Below, one piece after another: positions 23,634-32,179 of a DNA stretch of 64,000 nt (the first letter of the stretch is position 1; each line of letters opens with the position of its first letter). The notes under the pieces are model-generated. The model was not told the DNA's origin, did no database searches, and saw nothing but the letters and a program-made list of their open reading frames with translations. This DNA comes from a virus. The stretch covers positions 1 through 64,000 of IMG/VR virus record IMGVR_UViG_3300037424_001643; one strand, given 5' to 3'. The position numbers were made by a program, and so were the translations under genes.

Positions 23634-24127
23634 TACGCTCTCAGGCGCAGAAGATTGTAATTCGGGGCCGCAAGGCGGAGATTTCCCTAACCCGGGGGAA
23701 GGTCGCGCTGATAGATACTGCGGACCTCGCACGGGTTCAGAAATTCAAATGGTTTGCCCGGAAAGACGCGTCCGGGAAGTGGAGGGTTTGCACGATAGTC
23801 GAACTATCTCGATTCGTTCTTCAACTCCCGCCGGGGAGAGGGTTGGCGGACCACAAGAATCTCAACCCGCTCGACAATCGTCGGCGTAACCTTCGCCGGG
23901 CGTCGCCGTCCCAGAATCTCGCCAACGTTGCGAAGCGGGAGGGTAAATTTTCTTCTCGATTCAAAGGCGTGTGCTGGTCGTCGGAAAAGAAGCGTTGGCG
24001 AGCCTACGTGAAACGGGGAACTTACCGCCATCTGGGATATTTTAAGTCGGAATGGGCGGCGGCAAAAGCCTATAATGCGGCTGCAAAAACCTTATTCGGG
24101 GAATTCTATTATGCCAATCGCCGTTGA
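23630..24127 (+). CDS. HNH-AP2 homing endonuclease (copy 5, intact)
   Basis: HNH core ADHKNLNPLDNRRRNLRRASPSQN and AP2 domain SRFKGVCWSSEKKRWRAYVKRGTYRHLGYFKSEWAAAKAYNAAAKTLFGEF. It overlaps the DNA polymerase start by 17 nt. Confidence 0.8.
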   Translation: MIRSQAQKIVIRGRKAEISLTRGKVALIDTADLARVQKFKWFARKDASGKWRVCTIVELSRFVLQLPPGRGLADHKNLNPLDNRRRNLRRASPSQNLANVAKREGKFSSRFKGVCWSSEKKRWRAYVKRGTYRHLGYFKSEWAAAKAYNAAAKTLFGEFYYANRR

Positions 24128-26150
24128 TTTTGAGACCTACTACAATGAAGCCGAAGGGCTCGGCATCAAGCAACAAGGCACTTGGAAGTATTGCCACGAC
24201 CCTCGCTTCGATGCATATCTGATTTCGGTTTGTGATGGCAAGAACTCTTGGGCCGGGCAACCGAAGAACCTTAATTGGGACGCGTTAGAGGGAGAACTTA
24301 TCCTGTCGCACAACCGCTATTTCGACTCGTCCGTCTATGAAGTCATGGTTGAGCGCGGGGTATTCCCGAAAATCAATTTCGCGGGCTGGGAATGCACCGC
24401 TAACCTGACGACCTACCTTTGTATGCGCCGCGACCTCGGTCGGGCGTGCGAATTCCTGCTCGGAGTGCAACTCGACAAGAGCGTCCGTGGCGAGGCCGAC
24501 GGCAAGGGCTGGGATGACTTGGTGAAAGAAGATGGTGGCGCGTCCATGCTCGAATACGCGCGCAAGGACGCCTATTACTGTTGGTTGTTATGGCACAAGT
24601 TTGGGCATCTGTGGCCCGAACGGGAGCGGAAGCTGTCGAACATCTCCATTGACCAAGGGCAGCGCGGCGCGCAAATTGACGAAGACAAACTTAATCGGTT
24701 CATGGCGGTTGCACAGGAGATGCTGATTGCGATGGAACTTCGGTTGCCGTGGATGAAGCAGGGTAAAAAGCCCACGAGCCCGAAGGCCATCGCCGAAGAG
24801 TGCCGTAAGCACAATATCCCACCGCCCCCCATCAAGAACCCGAAGAAAAAACCGACGGCGGACTACAACGGCGAAGAGGCGTATGAGGAGTGGTCCGCGC
24901 TTTTCGCGCCTCGCTTTGAGTGGGTCAAGGCTTATGCAGATTACCGTGTCGTGGAGAAACTATTGGGCACCCTTGAGACCATCAAGGAACGTTTACACCC
25001 CGATGGCGTGTTCTCGTATGACATGCTTTACTTCGGGGCACATACCGGTCGCTGGGCGGGCGCGGGCGGTTTCAACATGCAAAACCAAAGAAAATTGCCC
25101 TACTACCGCGCAATAGACGGCACCCTGATTACCTGCCCGAAGCTTCTGGCGAACATTGAAGACAGTCTGCGAGTCGATAAGCGATTGCCCGACTTCGTTT
25201 CTGATGTCCTCGACATCCGTTCCCTGTTCATCGCGCGCCCCGGTAAAAAATTGCTGATTGGCGACTTGAGCCAGATTGAACCGCGCGTGCTGGCGTGGCT
25301 GGTGGACGACCACGCGATGCTCACGATGATGGGGGCCGGAAAATCACCTTATCAGGCTCACGCGGAAGCGACGATGAACTGGACGCGCGGGGACATGAAG
25401 AGTTTAATCAAGGCGGGGGACGGCGAAGCCAAAAACCTTTACGCGCTCGCCAAAGCGCGCGTGCTCGGTCTAGGCTTCGGTTGCGGATGGAAAAAGTTTA
25501 TCACCGTCGCGCAGGTGATGGCGGGTTTGGACATCACCGTTGACGACCCGGAGATGGTGCCAGTTTTGAACGAGTTCGGAGACCAGTGCATAGGCAAGGA
25601 CGGAAAGCCGCTCTTTGAGTCCGGATACGGATTCAACAGCAAGCGAATCGTGAAAGAATACCGCGAACAAAATCCCCTGATTACGGGCCTGTGGGAAACC
25701 TTGGACAACGCCCTCCGCGAGTCGGTCGGCAGTGATTTTTCGATGACCCTCCCGAGCGGGCGGGTGATGCGTTACCCGGAAGTGCGACGCGGGCGCAAGC
25801 CAATCGTGGACCCAGAGAACCCCAAGAAAATTACGCACAAGTGGGAGACTTCGGCACTTGCCTTCGACCAGAAATACAATCGGGTCGTGCGTAAGGGTTT
25901 CTACGGGGGAATCCTTTGTGAAAATTTGGTGCAGGCCACGGCGCGCGACGTGTTCGGAGAAATCGTTATCGACCTCGCAGAGACCTCAGGGATGGACGTT
26001 CTTTTCACGGCTCACGACGAAGCGGTGGTGGAAGCAGACTCTTCGGCGACAAAGAGAGATGTCGAAGAGATAATGAGTCGCACGCCGGAATGGATTCCGG
26101 GGCTCCCGGTGTCGGCGGAGGTCGTAGAATCTCAATGTTATTTGAAATGA
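24111..26150 (+). CDS. family A DNA polymerase with 3'-5' exonuclease domain
   Basis: Exo motifs are VDFET, SHNRYFD and YARKDAYY. Pol motif A is IGDLSQIEPRVLAWL, motif B KARVLGLGFGCGWKKF, and motif C FTAHDEAVVE. Confidence 0.85.
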   Translation: MPIAVDFETYYNEAEGLGIKQQGTWKYCHDPRFDAYLISVCDGKNSWAGQPKNLNWDALEGELILSHNRYFDSSVYEVMVERGVFPKINFAGWECTANLTTYLCMRRDLGRACEFLLGVQLDKSVRGEADGKGWDDLVKEDGGASMLEYARKDAYYCWLLWHKFGHLWPERERKLSNISIDQGQRGAQIDEDKLNRFMAVAQEMLIAMELRLPWMKQGKKPTSPKAIAEECRKHNIPPPPIKNPKKKPTADYNGEEAYEEWSALFAPRFEWVKAYADYRVVEKLLGTLETIKERLHPDGVFSYDMLYFGAHTGRWAGAGGFNMQNQRKLPYYRAIDGTLITCPKLLANIEDSLRVDKRLPDFVSDVLDIRSLFIARPGKKLLIGDLSQIEPRVLAWLVDDHAMLTMMGAGKSPYQAHAEATMNWTRGDMKSLIKAGDGEAKNLYALAKARVLGLGFGCGWKKFITVAQVMAGLDITVDDPEMVPVLNEFGDQCIGKDGKPLFESGYGFNSKRIVKEYREQNPLITGLWETLDNALRESVGSDFSMTLPSGRVMRYPEVRRGRKPIVDPENPKKITHKWETSALAFDQKYNRVVRKGFYGGILCENLVQATARDVFGEIVIDLAETSGMDVLFTAHDEAVVEADSSATKRDVEEIMSRTPEWIPGLPVSAEVVESQCYLK

Positions 26151-26551
26151 AGCGGTGCCCCAAGTGCGAGCGGAGGAAACCGGCGGGAAAATTCTCTCGA
26201 CGGATTCGAGGGAGTCGTATCGGCCTACAGAGCCAATGCAAAAAATGCCATTCCCAACACGCCCAAGAATGGGCGAAGAGACACCCGAAGGAACACGCGG
26301 AAACTTGGGCTCGCTACCGACGAAAGAGCCTTTACGGAGTCTCGGAGGAAGAGTTTTCTGCGCGCGTCCTGAAGCAGGGCGGGGCCTGTGCGATTTGCGG
26401 CGAAATCCCGAAGACCCTTCAAGTGGACCATTGTCACGCCTCTAATGAAGTTCGGGGATTGCTTTGCGGGCGATGTAATCGGGGGCTTGGAATGTTCAAA
26501 GACTCCCCCAAGCGGTTACATGCGGCCCTCGAATACCTCGCCCGGAGTTGA
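26147..26551 (+). CDS. endonuclease VII-type (HNH-fold) junction-resolving nuclease
   Basis: CAICGEIPKTLQVDHCHASNEVRGLLCGRCNRGLGMFKD is the Endonuclease_7 signature. An N-terminal CxxC...CxxC is also present. Confidence 0.75.
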   Translation: MKRCPKCERRKPAGKFSRRIRGSRIGLQSQCKKCHSQHAQEWAKRHPKEHAETWARYRRKSLYGVSEEEFSARVLKQGGACAICGEIPKTLQVDHCHASNEVRGLLCGRCNRGLGMFKDSPKRLHAALEYLARS

Positions 26552-26577
26552 CATCAACCCCTTTTCAAGGACATACT
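26548..26577 (+). promoter_or_regulatory. promoter candidate, TTGACA-N18-CATACT, 6 nt before ATG 26584
   Basis: It overlaps the end of the endonuclease VII gene. It would yield a leaderless primase mRNA starting with MLLRLANL. Confidence 0.3.
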
Positions 26578-28815
26578 ACTTCGATGCTGCTTCGCTTGGC
26601 CAATCTGTGTTCGTCGGAAATCTTCAGCGACGTAGCGCCTTGGGACTTCATGTCGTTCGACAAAGTTCCTCCCGCCTGTTTGACTGACAAGCGACTTCGA
26701 GACCAGTGGATTAACAATCCAGAACTGAACTTCAACGTTTACACGCTTTACGAAGGCGCGCAGAGCAACCTCCGCCTGCGAAGTGCTCGGGCCGGGGTCG
26801 AAGACAACCCCCCGGTTGCCATGCACGGGGTCGCTGTCGATTATGACGTGCCGATGACGTTGCCGGAGATTTTGCGAGTTGCAGACCGTTTCGGGGCCAA
26901 GCTCCCGGCGTGGTTTGAACAGACCCTCTCCGGCAACGCTCGGCTGATATGGCTCTTCGAGACCCCGCTCCGCCTGCCGTCGCGCCGGTTCCTCAAGGCG
27001 CTGCTTGACAAACTGACGGAGTTCCTGCCCATTGACCGCCTTGCGGGCATGGACAAAGGAGCCTTGGAGACTCCGGAACGCTATTTCACCAACGGAGCGC
27101 GGTGGGCACAAATCAGCAGCTACGTCGTCCCGTCGGCCCTGCTTAATGGCTGGGTCATCAAGGCCACGGAGAAATTCGACTGGACGTCCAAGGAACTCGG
27201 CAAGGCCATCAATCTCGGCTCTGTCGCGGAAGAGTGCCGTAAACAATATCCCAAGTTTTCGGAGTGGCCCGGCGAATTTGTTCTCGGGGCCGCGGGTCCG
27301 TCTTTCTGGCTCGACGCATCGACATCGCCGAAGTCCGCCATCGTGCGCGAAACGGGGATGCACACTTTCTCTGCGCACGCGGATAAAGCTTTTTACTCGT
27401 GGGCGGAAATCGTCGGCAGTGAGTTCGTCGATACGACGGAGAATAATGCTATTGGCAAGGCCGTCGAGGGCATCCATTACGACGGACGCCAGTATATCTG
27501 GAAAGACTCCTCTGGGAAATTCATCTTTGAAAACCGACCGAACCTTGAACTCACTCTCCGCGTTCGTCGCGGCGTATCAGACCGTAAACCAAAAGGCGGG
27601 CATTCCGACCTCGAACTCGCTGTCGCCCACATTATCGACAAACAACGTGTCGATGGCGCGACGTCTTGCGCGTTTTATCCGCACGGCGTCTTCGACTTCC
27701 AAGGCAAGCGCATTCTCAACACCCATCAAATAGAGGCGATGAAACCGGCAGAGTCCGGAGTCTGGGGACCCGAAGGCGATTTCCCGTTTCTCTCCTCCTT
27801 CCTCGACACCTTCTTCGACCCCGCCCACCCGCAGCTTGACCTGTTCCTTGCGTGGCTGCAAATCTTCTACCGCTCGTGTCTCTACCGCACCCCCCGAAGC
27901 GGGCACGGCGTATTTGTGTGCGGACCCGTCAACACGGGGAAAACTTTTTTGAATCACGGCCTCCTCGCTCAAATGGTGGGCGGTCACTCCCCCGCCAATG
28001 AGTATTTAGTGGGGAGCGACGGATTTAATTCAGAGCTTTTCGACGTGGCCCTCTGGACAATCGACGACGGCAGTGTTATGAGTAGCGGTGCAGTGCATCG
28101 ACTATTCTCGGAAAACGTGAAAAAGACCGTGGCGAACCGGCACCATCGGGCCAACGAAAAATATCGCAAGGCGGTGATTACGCCGTGGCAGGGGCGAATC
28201 TTTGTCACCTGCAATGATGACGCGATTTCAATTCGCATTATTCCGGACTTGAGCATCTCGGTTCGCGAGAAACTGATGATTTTCCGGGCCGGCGTGCGTA
28301 AGGTAAACTTTCTGTCTCAGCCGGAAATGGAGGACCTGCTGAAAGTTGAGCTTCCGCACTTCTGTCGCTGGTTGCTGGACTGGACCGCCCCGGCGGAATG
28401 CTTCCACGGGGCCGACATTCGTTTCGGCGTGAAAGACTACTGCGAAGGGTCGCTGGCCCGTTCGTCGAATCGTTCGTCAAACATCTCGGTCTTCTCTGAA
28501 CTACTCGCAAACTGGCTCCGTCAGTATTTCCAATCAGAATCGAATCGCGGAGTTGAATTTTGGGAGGGCTCCGCGACTCAGTTGCGCATTGCCATGACCG
28601 CCGACCCGTCCTATGCCGAAATGTTGCGGTCCTACAAGCCCGAGTCCGTGCCCCAAATGCTTGCGATGTTGCAACAGCAAGGCGCATTCAAAATCACCAT
28701 CGACGACCGCGATGAACGTGTCTTCCGCATTCTTCGCGAAGAACGGTTCATGCGTAGCAATACCGCAGCAATCCAAGTGCCTCAAGCAGACAATTCAAAA
28801 TTCCAAAAAGCATGA
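26548..28815 (+). CDS. primase / SF3 (D5- or P4-like) replicative helicase (start TTG 26548 or ATG 26584)
   Basis: Walker A is VCGPVNTGKTF and Walker B VALWTIDDGS. The large N-terminal domain has an acidic motif (VAVDYDV) compatible with a primase-polymerase domain. Confidence 0.7.
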   Translation: MTSTPFQGHTTSMLLRLANLCSSEIFSDVAPWDFMSFDKVPPACLTDKRLRDQWINNPELNFNVYTLYEGAQSNLRLRSARAGVEDNPPVAMHGVAVDYDVPMTLPEILRVADRFGAKLPAWFEQTLSGNARLIWLFETPLRLPSRRFLKALLDKLTEFLPIDRLAGMDKGALETPERYFTNGARWAQISSYVVPSALLNGWVIKATEKFDWTSKELGKAINLGSVAEECRKQYPKFSEWPGEFVLGAAGPSFWLDASTSPKSAIVRETGMHTFSAHADKAFYSWAEIVGSEFVDTTENNAIGKAVEGIHYDGRQYIWKDSSGKFIFENRPNLELTLRVRRGVSDRKPKGGHSDLELAVAHIIDKQRVDGATSCAFYPHGVFDFQGKRILNTHQIEAMKPAESGVWGPEGDFPFLSSFLDTFFDPAHPQLDLFLAWLQIFYRSCLYRTPRSGHGVFVCGPVNTGKTFLNHGLLAQMVGGHSPANEYLVGSDGFNSELFDVALWTIDDGSVMSSGAVHRLFSENVKKTVANRHHRANEKYRKAVITPWQGRIFVTCNDDAISIRIIPDLSISVREKLMIFRAGVRKVNFLSQPEMEDLLKVELPHFCRWLLDWTAPAECFHGADIRFGVKDYCEGSLARSSNRSSNISVFSELLANWLRQYFQSESNRGVEFWEGSATQLRIAMTADPSYAEMLRSYKPESVPQMLAMLQQQGAFKITIDDRDERVFRILREERFMRSNTAAIQVPQADNSKFQKA

Positions 28816-29495
28816 ACGACCAAAATCGACGCCCGATTCCGGGGAACCCCATCCACAAATACTATCAGCAGGAGCCCGACCTTCGGTTCGCGGTCCTGTC
28901 TGCTGAACAGGAAAAAGACCTCTTTCTTCGAGCGCGCAAAGGCGACGAGGAAGCGCGGACTTTCCTAATCGAGAACCACCTTCTCTTCACTGCGCAGGCA
29001 GCGCGCCAGCGTTCCAAGGGCAAACTGCCGGACGATGAAGTCGTGAGCGCCGCCAATTCCGCCTTGATGAACTGCATCGACCGCTTCGACCCAAACCGCG
29101 GAGCGCGATTCACCACGTATCTCCGCTTCTATATCCGGGCGGCAATCTCGAAACTCTGGACAGAGCGGGACCCGGTCGATTACAAGAAGCATTTTCCCGT
29201 GGACGAACCAGAGGACCCGGCATTTCGCGCGCCGCTAGAGGAGCAGGTTGAAACCCCGGACTATGCCGGGCAGGAACTCAAGACCCTGATGTTTGAAGCC
29301 CTCCTGAAAATTCGCAGCACCCTGTCAGAGTCCGACCAGCGGTTGCTCCGCCGACACTATGACGACGGCGCGACCTTTGCGGACATTGGACGGGAAGAGA
29401 ATCCCCCAGTCAGCCGGGAAGCCATCCGCACGAGGCACAAGCGACTTCTCGGCAAACTCCGCTCGGTTATCAAGGGCGAAACTACCCTCGAATGA
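28812..29495 (+). CDS. sigma-70 family factor (regions 2 and 4 only, ECF-like size)
   Basis: Region 2 is FLIENHLLFTAQAARQ...ALMNCIDRFDPNRGARFTTYLRFYIRAAI. Region 4 is LLRRHYDDGATFADIGREENPPVSREAIRTRHKRLLGKLR. Confidence 0.75.
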   Translation: MNDQNRRPIPGNPIHKYYQQEPDLRFAVLSAEQEKDLFLRARKGDEEARTFLIENHLLFTAQAARQRSKGKLPDDEVVSAANSALMNCIDRFDPNRGARFTTYLRFYIRAAISKLWTERDPVDYKKHFPVDEPEDPAFRAPLEEQVETPDYAGQELKTLMFEALLKIRSTLSESDQRLLRRHYDDGATFADIGREENPPVSREAIRTRHKRLLGKLRSVIKGETTLE

Positions 29496-30037
29496 ACGCG
29501 CTCGCGATTGACCTAGGCACGACCACGGGCTACGCTCTCTCCGTGGAGGGGGGAGATTTTTTCGCGGGCTCGTGGCTTCTCGCCTCCCCCGCGGTCGTCA
29601 CTCAGGCCAAGCGCGACCGCCTCGACCGGCGTCTCGACCCGCGAATCCCAATTTTCGACCAGACCCTTCGCCGGGAGTTACCGCTGTTCAAAGTTGACTG
29701 GCTCTTTTTCGAGGATGTTCAGTTTGGAAAAACGCTTCAACAGGTGCAACTCTGGTCTAGCTTTCGTGGGGTGCTCTGGGCGGCGGCGGCGGCATACAAC
29801 GTGCGGGTCGAATGCTGCCCCGTGGGCACCCTGAAGAAGTTCGGCTCGGGGTTCGGAGGGTCAGACAAGAACGGAATGGCCTACGGACTGTGTAAACGCG
29901 ACCCCGACCGGTTCAAGTTGGTCGGCAAGAAAGTAAAAGACTGTGTTACGGGTCAGATTTTGGATGACAATGCAGTGGACGCCCTCCACCTATTAAAGTG
30001 GGGTCTGGAATTGACCCGAAACTGGAAACGAAGCTAA
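29492..30037 (+). CDS. RuvC-like Holliday junction resolvase
   Basis: Catalytic acidic residues sit in the expected contexts: AIDLGTTTGYA, LFFEDVQF and DDNAVDALHL. Confidence 0.65.
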   Translation: MNALAIDLGTTTGYALSVEGGDFFAGSWLLASPAVVTQAKRDRLDRRLDPRIPIFDQTLRRELPLFKVDWLFFEDVQFGKTLQQVQLWSSFRGVLWAAAAAYNVRVECCPVGTLKKFGSGFGGSDKNGMAYGLCKRDPDRFKLVGKKVKDCVTGQILDDNAVDALHLLKWGLELTRNWKRS

Positions 30038-30603
30038 TGGCCCTACCTCAAAAGTTCCTCGGTGTCGCAAGCAAGGAGCAGTCGGTTTCCCGCAGCATCA
30101 ACACGGTGTTGGAAATCATCTCTAGTCTGACGCATTGCCGTAACGGCGACGGATATGAAGACGGAGAGTCGAAAGGCGGCATAAAGGATGGCGGAGCGAA
30201 GTGCGCTCTCGACACGACCATCATTCAGGCGTGCAACCGGCTCGACACGATGCTCGGGGAATCCTCGAATTGGGACAATAAAGTCCAAGAGGACATGATG
30301 CGCGCCGTCACTAAAACGCACGAGTTGCAACACGCTTTCATAGCGGCGCAAGCCGATGCGGCGCGGAGTATCCAGAAGCCCTCGTTTCAGTTGAAGCCAA
30401 CGCTTGTCTCTACCGGCGCGGAGTTTCTCGCCATCTACGGAGACCCCGGCGTCAAGGGCGGCGCAATCATCGGCAGCGGCGCGACGCCGGAATCCGCACT
30501 GGCGGACTTCGATGCGGCGTTCGGACGTGACGCAGGACAACAGAAAGTTTTACAGCCGGTGAACCCACCGGGCAAGAAGAAACCCAAACATGAAAAACAG
30601 TAA
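30037..30603 (+). CDS. hypothetical protein
   Basis: The ATG at 30037 shares its A with the RuvC TAA stop. The sequence begins MALPQKFLGVASKEQ. Confidence 0.6.
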   Translation: MALPQKFLGVASKEQSVSRSINTVLEIISSLTHCRNGDGYEDGESKGGIKDGGAKCALDTTIIQACNRLDTMLGESSNWDNKVQEDMMRAVTKTHELQHAFIAAQADAARSIQKPSFQLKPTLVSTGAEFLAIYGDPGVKGGAIIGSGATPESALADFDAAFGRDAGQQKVLQPVNPPGKKKPKHEKQ

Positions 30604-31855
30604 TTGGACTGACCGCGAGATTGCATTGCTGCAAAACCCACATAAGAGCGACGGAGATTTGTCACTCGAAATCGGGAGGAGTGGAGCCGCTATTCGCGGA
30701 AAGCGGCAGCGGCTCGGAATCAAGATTGAAAGGACGAAGGCGGCAGAAAAGACCCCCACGACTTTCGAGCAGGACGACAGCCGTCACGCGACGGATTACT
30801 GGCGGCGGGAGTATAAGACCCTCGAACTGAAATACGAGAAGGCCCTCCGCACGAAGTCAGTTTCCGACCGGCTCGTCGAGAAGGCGATTGAACTCGCGCC
30901 GAAGTCATACTCTCCAGACCCCAAGGTTCAGATTCTCACCCGGAGCAAGGGCAGCCCGCAAAGCGCGGTTCTGCTACTCACGGACTGTCACGTCGGCCTC
31001 GTTGTGAAGCCCGAGCAGACCCTCGGCTATGGGGAATACAATTTCGACGTCTTCTTGGCGAGATTGAAGTTTCTTGAGGAGGCCGTCGTTTCCATCCTTC
31101 GGGACCATACGACCACCCCGGTCCCGGAACTCGTGCTCTGCCTCGGCGGCGACTTTCTCGACGGCTCTCTTCACCACTCTGCCGAAGCAGGCCAGAAGAA
31201 CACAATTTTCACCCAATTCTATGGGGCGGGGCACGCTATCTCTCAGTTCATCCGGAACATTTCGGCTTACGTTCCGAAGGTCCGCGTGTATTGCACCCAA
31301 GGCAACCACACGCGGTTTCAAGACCAAAAACGGATGCCGACAACGAATCGTTTTTCTTCCTTCGATTCGTTCCTTTACGCCTACATACAAGCCCTGACTC
31401 GGGAACTCTCGAACGTGGCTTGGACTTTAGACCAACAGCCGGTGGCACTTTTTGAGGTCCAAGGGTTCCTCTTGCAACTTCTGCACGGGGACCAATTGCG
31501 CGGAGGCGATAAGGCGCTCGGGATTCCGAATCACAGTGTTGGTCGGATGGTATCCGCTAGCAGCCAACTTTGCGGAAAATTTAGAAAGCCGTCCCCCGAT
31601 TATTTCCTTTGCGGCCACTTGCATCGGTCGATTTCTCTGCCCACGGCCAAAGGGGAGTTCATCATTGGCGGAGGTTTCCCCGGCTTGGACGGATACGGGC
31701 TCGCTTCGGGCTTCGTGCCCGTTGACCCGTCGCAAGTTTTCTTTCTCGTCCACCCCAAATACGGAAAGAGTGCTACATACTCAATCAGCCTGAAGCACGC
31801 GGAAAAGAGTAAAGTTCCACCCTACGAGATTCCGAAAGAGTTCCCAGCGGAATGA
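30590..31855 (+). CDS. calcineurin-like metallophosphoesterase (Mre11/SbcD-like) with N-terminal Myb/SANT-like helix
   Basis: Motifs are TDCH, GGDFLDG, QGNHT, LLHGD and CGHLH. The N-terminus has WTDREIALLQN. Confidence 0.65.
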   Translation: MKNSNWTDREIALLQNPHKSDGDLSLEIGRSGAAIRGKRQRLGIKIERTKAAEKTPTTFEQDDSRHATDYWRREYKTLELKYEKALRTKSVSDRLVEKAIELAPKSYSPDPKVQILTRSKGSPQSAVLLLTDCHVGLVVKPEQTLGYGEYNFDVFLARLKFLEEAVVSILRDHTTTPVPELVLCLGGDFLDGSLHHSAEAGQKNTIFTQFYGAGHAISQFIRNISAYVPKVRVYCTQGNHTRFQDQKRMPTTNRFSSFDSFLYAYIQALTRELSNVAWTLDQQPVALFEVQGFLLQLLHGDQLRGGDKALGIPNHSVGRMVSASSQLCGKFRKPSPDYFLCGHLHRSISLPTAKGEFIIGGGFPGLDGYGLASGFVPVDPSQVFFLVHPKYGKSATYSISLKHAEKSKVPPYEIPKEFPAE

Positions 31856-32114
31856 AATCTCTTCCGCTATCTCAGGGGCGAGTCGCCCTCGTTGATGATT
31901 CCGACTGGCCCGCCGAAAACGAATTCAAGCCGGTGTCTCCCGCTTTCGCGGGGTGGCGTGGGACCGGAATCGTAAGAAGTGGATAGCTCAAACAACAGCC
32001 CTCGGGAAGAACGTATTTCTCGGGCGGTTCTCGGACGAGTTGCAGGCGGCGCGCGCTTACGACGAATACGCGAAACGCACCTACGGCGATTTTACTCAAC
32101 TCAACTTCCCTTAA
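31852..32114 (+). pseudogene. decayed HNH-AP2 (copy 6): family N-terminus plus AP2 domain in a different frame, HNH core missing
   Basis: Frame 1 gives MKSLPLSQGRVALVDDSDW... and then stops. A second frame reads SRFRGVAWDRNRKKWIAQTTALGKNVFLGRFSDELQAARAYDEYAKRTYGDFTQLNFP*, which has no start codon of its own. Confidence 0.6.
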
Positions 32115-32127
32115 CCCCAAGCAAGCA

Positions 32128-32159
32128 AAAGGCCCGTCCGATTTCTCGGACGGGCCTTT
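32128..32159. terminator. bidirectional rho-independent terminator at the convergent junction
   Basis: AAAGGCCCGTCCG-atttct-CGGACGGGCCTTT. The stem carries a T-run on both strands. Confidence 0.75.
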
Positions 32160-32179
32160 GTCGTTTAGCGTGTAAACGC

